A stretch of DNA of 64,000 nucleotides from Macrostomum lignano (lineage: Eukaryota): contig NIVC01003930.1 of NCBI GenBank assembly GCA_002269645.1, positions 1-64,000 on the forward strand, read 5' to 3'. The notes beneath the pieces were generated by a model. The model ran no database searches, was not told the origin of the DNA, and worked only from the letters and a program-made list of their open reading frames with translations. Below, piece by piece: positions 61,701-64,000 of this stretch. The position numbers and the translations under genes are program-made. The first letter of the stretch is position 1. Each line of letters begins with the position of its first letter.

Positions 61701-63380
61701 TGACGGGAGTAGATCTGTCACTGATTGAAGTAGATCTGTCACTGATTGGAGTGGATCTGTCACTGATGGGAGTGGATCCGTCACTGATGGGAGTAGATCT
61801 GTCACTGATTGAAGTAGATCTGTCACTGATTGGAGTAGATCTGTCACTGATTGAAGTAGATTGTCACTGATTGGAGTGGATCCGTCACTGATGGGAGTAG
61901 ATCTGTCACTGATTGAAGTAGATCTGTCACTGATTGGAGTAGATCTGTCACTGATTGAAGTAGATCTGTCACTGATTGGAGTAGATCTGTCACTGATTGG
62001 AGTAGATCTGTCACTGATGGGAGTGGATCTGTCACTGATTAAAGTAGATCTGTCACTGATTGGAGTAGATCTGTCACTGAGGAGAATAGACAAGCAAAGC
62101 AAAGCTCCTATAATGAATGTCTATTTGCATTTCCTCCCCATCCCCAGGGCCGGCTCACTGCGAACTCCCTATGGAAAGACTGCTTCCGCGACATCTGCCG
62201 CGACCGTCGTTTCGACCAGATGCTGTGCCAGCAGGGCTCCACGCCGCTGGACCTGTTCAAATTCTACGTGGACGATCTGAAGAAACGATTCCCCGAGGAG
62301 AAGCGCATCGTGAAGGAGATCATGAAGGACCGCGCGTTCAGCATCTGTCCGGACACCGCGCTGGAGGATTTCCTTCGCCTGATCGCTTCGGACGAGCGCG
62401 GCCGCTCGCTGGACCCCGGCAACGTGGAGCGCAGCTTCGACAGCCTGCAGGAGAAGGCGCGCTGTATCGAGCAGGAGAAGCGTGCAGAGGAGCGCCGCAA
62501 GATGCAGCGCCATGCCGAGGCCTTCAAGGAGCTGCTGTTCTCGGCCGATCCGCCTGTTGACGCCAGCACCAGCTGGGACACCGTCAGGGAGAGATTCGGC
62601 CAGGCCGACTGCTTCCAGGCCATCCCGCTCGAGTCCGAGCGCCTCATCGTGTTCAAGGACTTCTTGAAGAGCCTCGCCGAACCGGCGGCATCCGCAGCGT
62701 CTGGCGGCACGGGCGCCGCGGCTGGGGGCAAGAAAAAGAAGAAAAAGAAAGACCGCGACCGGGAGGTCGACAAGGACAAGGACCACCGGTCTAAGGACAA
62801 AGACCGCAAGAAGTCGCGTCGAAACAGCGACGGCGACTTGGACGGCGAGAAGGCGGACTCCGGCGGCGAGCGCGACAAAAAAGCCAAAAAGAAGAAGAAA
62901 AAGCAGAGTCGGCATTCCGACGACGGCGAGGGCGAAGCTGGTGGCGAGAAGAAAAAGAAGAAAAAGGACAAGAAAGAAAAGGAGCAGAAGAAACACAGAA
63001 AGGAGGGCAAGTCCTCCAGCGGCGGCGGCAGCAGTCGGAAACGAAAACGCGACGAAGGCGGCGGCGGCGGCGGCGATGACTTGCCTGACGACGGCGAGGA
63101 AAGCGGCGGCTCGCGGCGCCGGCAGCACCGGAGTCGGCGCCACTCCGGCGCCTCGTCGTCAGCGGCGGTCGGGAAGCGCGCGCGCCGACATTCCAGCCGG
63201 TCGTCGGCAGCCTCCGGTGACGAGCGCGGAGGTCGCGGTGGCGGCTCCTCGAAGACTGCTGCCGACGATGCACCGCCGAAGGAGTCGCAGGCGGCGCTGA
63301 ACGCCTCGGACAGCATGGACCTGAGCGAGGGCGAGCTGGAGAAGGAGAGAGAGCGGCTCATTGCCCAGCTGCATGACTGA
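58732..63380 (+). CDS. PRPF40A: Pre-mRNA processing factor 40 homolog (exons 58732-59763, 60557-61051, 62148-63380)
   Basis: Two WW domains ([19 protein letters not shown]; [19 protein letters not shown]), FF domains, [19 protein letters not shown]-rich tail. Phase-0 GT/AG introns. Confidence 0.95.
59940..60535. repeat. Degenerate ~21-bp intronic tandem repeat
   Basis: gctgaaatcgggtgtttatat-like units. Confidence 0.75.
61060..62080. repeat. 21-bp intronic minisatellite (~48 copies)
   Basis: gggagtggatctgtcactgat unit. Confidence 0.95.
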
Positions 63381-63657
63381 ATGTGCCCCAACCCTCCTGT
63401 CCTACCCCCCTGTCTCACCTGTCTCATTCGTTCCCAACTGGGGTAGCGATTTCTTCTCTCTCTTAATTTAGTCTAAAAAACACTGTTGATAAGAAATACT
63501 GGGCTCAGTTTATCTGCTTATTGTGTTAAATTAATTCGCTTAGAACTAATTTGCTGATTACTTCTAGGTTAATGCAGTGTTTGCTTTCTCACTCTATTGT
63601 GCCTCTATAATGCATTCAGGTACTCTGTGGCATGGCCCGGTTGTCACCCTCTGGGCC

Positions 63658-63796
63658 CAGGGGTTGGCAAACCTCACATGCGGCCCGCGAAGCCTCTCTA
63701 ACCGGCCCACGGGCCCTTTTAAAACTTCACAATATCGATCCGGTCTGTCTCTCTTCTCTATCTGGACTTTTGAGGAAAACAGTTTGCCAACCCCTT
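63658..63796. mobile_element. Small hAT (Charlie-like) MITE remnant
   Basis: TIR caggggttggcaaac / gtttgccaacccct and an internal gcggcccgcg motif; no TSD match. Confidence 0.5.
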
Positions 63797-64000
63797 CCTG
63801 TTGGAGGCCGTGGGAGATTAACCCATGAATAATAAATAATCATTCATATTTCAATTCAATTGTCTTAAGAATGCATGATGGAAATTTGCATTTCTTCTCC
63901 ATCTAACTACCCCCAGCTGTGCCGTATCTGGGGTGTTATTCTTCATTGACTGTCGCTTTTCTTGTTTAGTTAAGACTTATTTATATTAGTATAACATTAG

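Noticed and set aside
60933-62280. SVTDGSG/MGVDLSL repeat ORFs
   Set aside because: 21-bp minisatellite inside PRPF40A intron 2.
62169-63427. Long antisense ORFs over PRPF40A exon 3 (similar ones over WDR34 exon 4)
   Set aside because: Shadow ORFs caused by GC-rich codon usage.

Overview
Eukaryotic (animal) genomic DNA: spliceosomal introns, GC-rich exons and huge (GATA)n/(CTGT)n microsatellites. The style suggests a Macrostomum-like flatworm long-read assembly, but the organism is an inference. 1-15391 is the right-hand 15.4 kb of a Polinton/Maverick (adintovirus-like) element: integrase, penton, basic core protein, major capsid, adenain-type protease, packaging ATPase, two conserved ORFs, a DEDD-like exonuclease, an unexpected two-repeat TATA-binding-protein (TBP) homolog, protein-primed PolB and a Zn/repeat ORF, ending at a CTACTACT terminus. 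Nearly all frameshifts in its core genes are 1-nt losses in homopolymer runs, and the host WDR34 gene shows the same lesion, so the element may be intact. Host genes: an ankyrin-repeat TRP channel (18.4-24.3 kb, -), a WSC+PAN secreted protein, two convergent PAN+LamG-like paralogs, DYNC2I2/WDR34 and PRPF40A. Other mobile DNA: a defective Mag-type Gypsy element with identical LTRs, a complete TRIM-like LTR element, several MITEs, and two hAT-type MITEs that each carry a captured ~63-nt piece of 28S rRNA spanning the R2/I-PpoI target site. Splice models and frameshift repairs were read by eye; no database searches were run.
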